Part shown: positions 1-583 of the stretch, in pieces | Layout: the number at the start of each line of letters is the position of its first letter | Numbering within the stretch: the stretch's first letter is position 1 | Source: a phage | Length of the DNA stretch: 583 nt | Sequence record: FN641800.1 | Strand: one strand, 5' to 3' | Translations under genes and position numbers: made by a program | Notes under the pieces: model-generated | Told to the model about the DNA's origin: nothing | The model's database searches: none | What the model saw: only the letters and a program-made list of their open reading frames with translations

Positions 1-22
1 ATTTGGGGGGTTCAGCCGCTGA
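1..22 (+). other. Probable primer-derived sequence (forward degenerate g23 primer, inosine positions read as G)
   Basis: Nt 1-22 (atttggggggttcagccgctga) match positions 4-25 of the forward g23 primer as I recall it (GATATTTGIGGIGTTCAGCCIATGA), with G at all three inosine positions (nt 6, 9, 18) and one mismatch at nt 19 (c versus primer a). The resulting gggggg run is typical of inosine-containing primers copied into amplicons. Confidence 0.55.
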
Positions 23-583
23 ACAACCCGACTGGCCAGGTATTTGCCCTGCGTGCAGTTTACGGTAAAGACCCTGTCGCTGCTGGTGCTAAAGAAGCTT
101 TCCACCCGATGTATGCTCCGAACGCTATGTTCTCCGGTCAGGGCGCCGCTGAAGCTTTCGAACCTCTGGCTGCAAGCAAGCTGCTCACCGTTGGTAAAAT
201 TTATTCTCACTCCTTCGAAGCAACCGGTTCTGCACACTACCAGGCTGTTGAAGCTGTAACCGTTGATGCTGGCGCTACTGATGCTGCTAAACTTGACGCT
301 GAAGTTACCAAACTGCTCGAAGCTGGTAAGCTGGCAGAAATCGCTGAAGGTATGGCTACCTCTATCGCCGAACTGCAGGAAGGCTTCAACGGTTCTCAGG
401 ATAACCCGTGGAACGAAATGGGCTTCCGCATCGATAAACAAGTTATCGAAGCTAAATCCCGCCAGCTGAAAGCAAGCTACTCTATCGAACTGGCACAGGA
501 CCTGCGCGCTGTTCACGGTATGGACGCTGATGCCGAATTGAGTGGTATTCTGGCTACCGAAATCATGCTGGAAATCAACCGCG
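1..583 (+). CDS. 23: Major capsid protein gp23 of a T4-like phage; internal fragment, partial at both ends (no start or stop codon in window)
   Basis: Frame 1 (codons from nt 1) is open across all 194 complete codons: IWGVQPLNNPTGQVFALRAVYGKDPVAAGAKEAFHPMYAPNAMFSGQGAAEAFEPLAASKLLTVGKIYSHSFEATGSAHYQAVEAVTVDAGATDAAKLDAEVTKLLEAGKLAEIAEGMATSIAELQEGFNGSQDNPWNEMGFRIDKQVIEAKSRQLKASYSIELAQDLRAVHGMDADAELSGILATEIMLEINR. Long stretches (PTGQVFALRAVYGKDPVAAGAKEAFHPMY; DAGATDAAKLDAE; EAGxxxEIAEGMATSIAELQEGFNGSxDNPWNEMGFRIDKQVIEAKSRQLKAxYSIELAQDLRAVHGMDADAELSGILATEIMLEINR) match the phage T4 gp23 sequence as I recall it; this is recognition from memory, not a database search. Codon usage is strongly biased, as expected for a highly expressed late structural gene. 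It is missing from the ORF track because the frame has no stop in the window and no start codon at its 5' end. Confidence 0.93.
   Translation, partial: MWGVQPLNNPTGQVFALRAVYGKDPVAAGAKEAFHPMYAPNAMFSGQGAAEAFEPLAASKLLTVGKIYSHSFEATGSAHYQAVEAVTVDAGATDAAKLDAEVTKLLEAGKLAEIAEGMATSIAELQEGFNGSQDNPWNEMGFRIDKQVIEAKSRQLKASYSIELAQDLRAVHGMDADAELSGILATEIMLEINR
559..583 (+). other. Probable primer-derived sequence (reverse complement of reverse g23 primer)
   Basis: Nt 559-583 (gaaatcatgctggaaatcaaccgcg) are the exact reverse complement of the reverse g23 primer as I recall it (CGCGGTTGATTTCCAGCATGATTTC), and the window ends on the last primer base. Confidence 0.6.

Noticed and set aside
44-259. Frame-2 ORF from the supplied track (71 aa, MPCVQFTVKTLSLLVLKKLSTRCML...)
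   Set aside because: It lies entirely within, and out of frame with, the gp23 reading frame. The translation is low-complexity and Leu/Lys/Ser-rich, as expected when a GCT/CTG/GAA-rich gene is read in the wrong frame. There is no independent support for it as a gene.
96-378. Palindromic hexamers (aagctt at 96-101 and 152-157; ctgcag at 373-378)
   Set aside because: These are chance restriction-site palindromes inside coding sequence (GAA GCT TTC, CTG CAG). There is no extended dyad symmetry that would suggest an operator or terminator.
90-455. Recurring short motifs (gaagct, gctgaag, gatgctg) that could look like a dispersed repeat or an array
   Set aside because: They are explained by repeated Glu-Ala and Asp-Ala dipeptides encoded with the same preferred codons (GAA GCT, GAT GCT). 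Spacing is irregular and in frame with the CDS, so this is not a CRISPR or tandem-repeat structure.
263-469. Second frame-2 ORF from the supplied track (68 aa, MMLALLMLLNLTLKLPN...)
   Set aside because: Same frame as the previous ORF, separated from it by a single stop (taa at 257-259), and likewise embedded out of frame in the capsid gene. It is an off-frame artefact and not evidence of an overlapping gene.
1-583. Possible internal promoter, RBS, terminator or minus-strand gene
   Set aside because: The window is continuous coding sequence in frame 1. There is no intergenic gap and no minus-strand ORF in the track, and no stem-loop followed by a T-run was seen. Any motif resemblance within a highly expressed CDS would be coincidental.
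1-583. Novel defence, toxin or other undescribed system, as the prompt suggests
   Set aside because: The window contains only one partial, well-recognised structural gene. No sequence in it is left unexplained by the gp23 CDS and the primer-derived ends.

Overview
The entire 583-nt window is an internal fragment of a single gene: the major capsid protein gene (g23, product gp23) of a T4-like myovirus, read on the + strand in frame 1 with no stop codon and no start or stop inside the window. The two ORFs in the supplied track are both in frame 2 and are out-of-frame artefacts inside this gene. Both ends of the window match, from memory, the degenerate primer pair widely used to amplify g23 from T4-type phages, so the window is most likely a PCR amplicon or environmental clone whose terminal 22-25 nt are primer-derived. 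I see no RNA gene, mobile element, CRISPR array, promoter or terminator, and no evidence of a novel multi-gene system; a 583-nt fragment wholly inside one structural gene cannot support such a claim. The points worth a second look are the amplicon signature (including a probable artefactual Trp codon), the contrast between T4-identical flanks and a divergent central segment, and a strongly enterobacterial high-expression codon usage.
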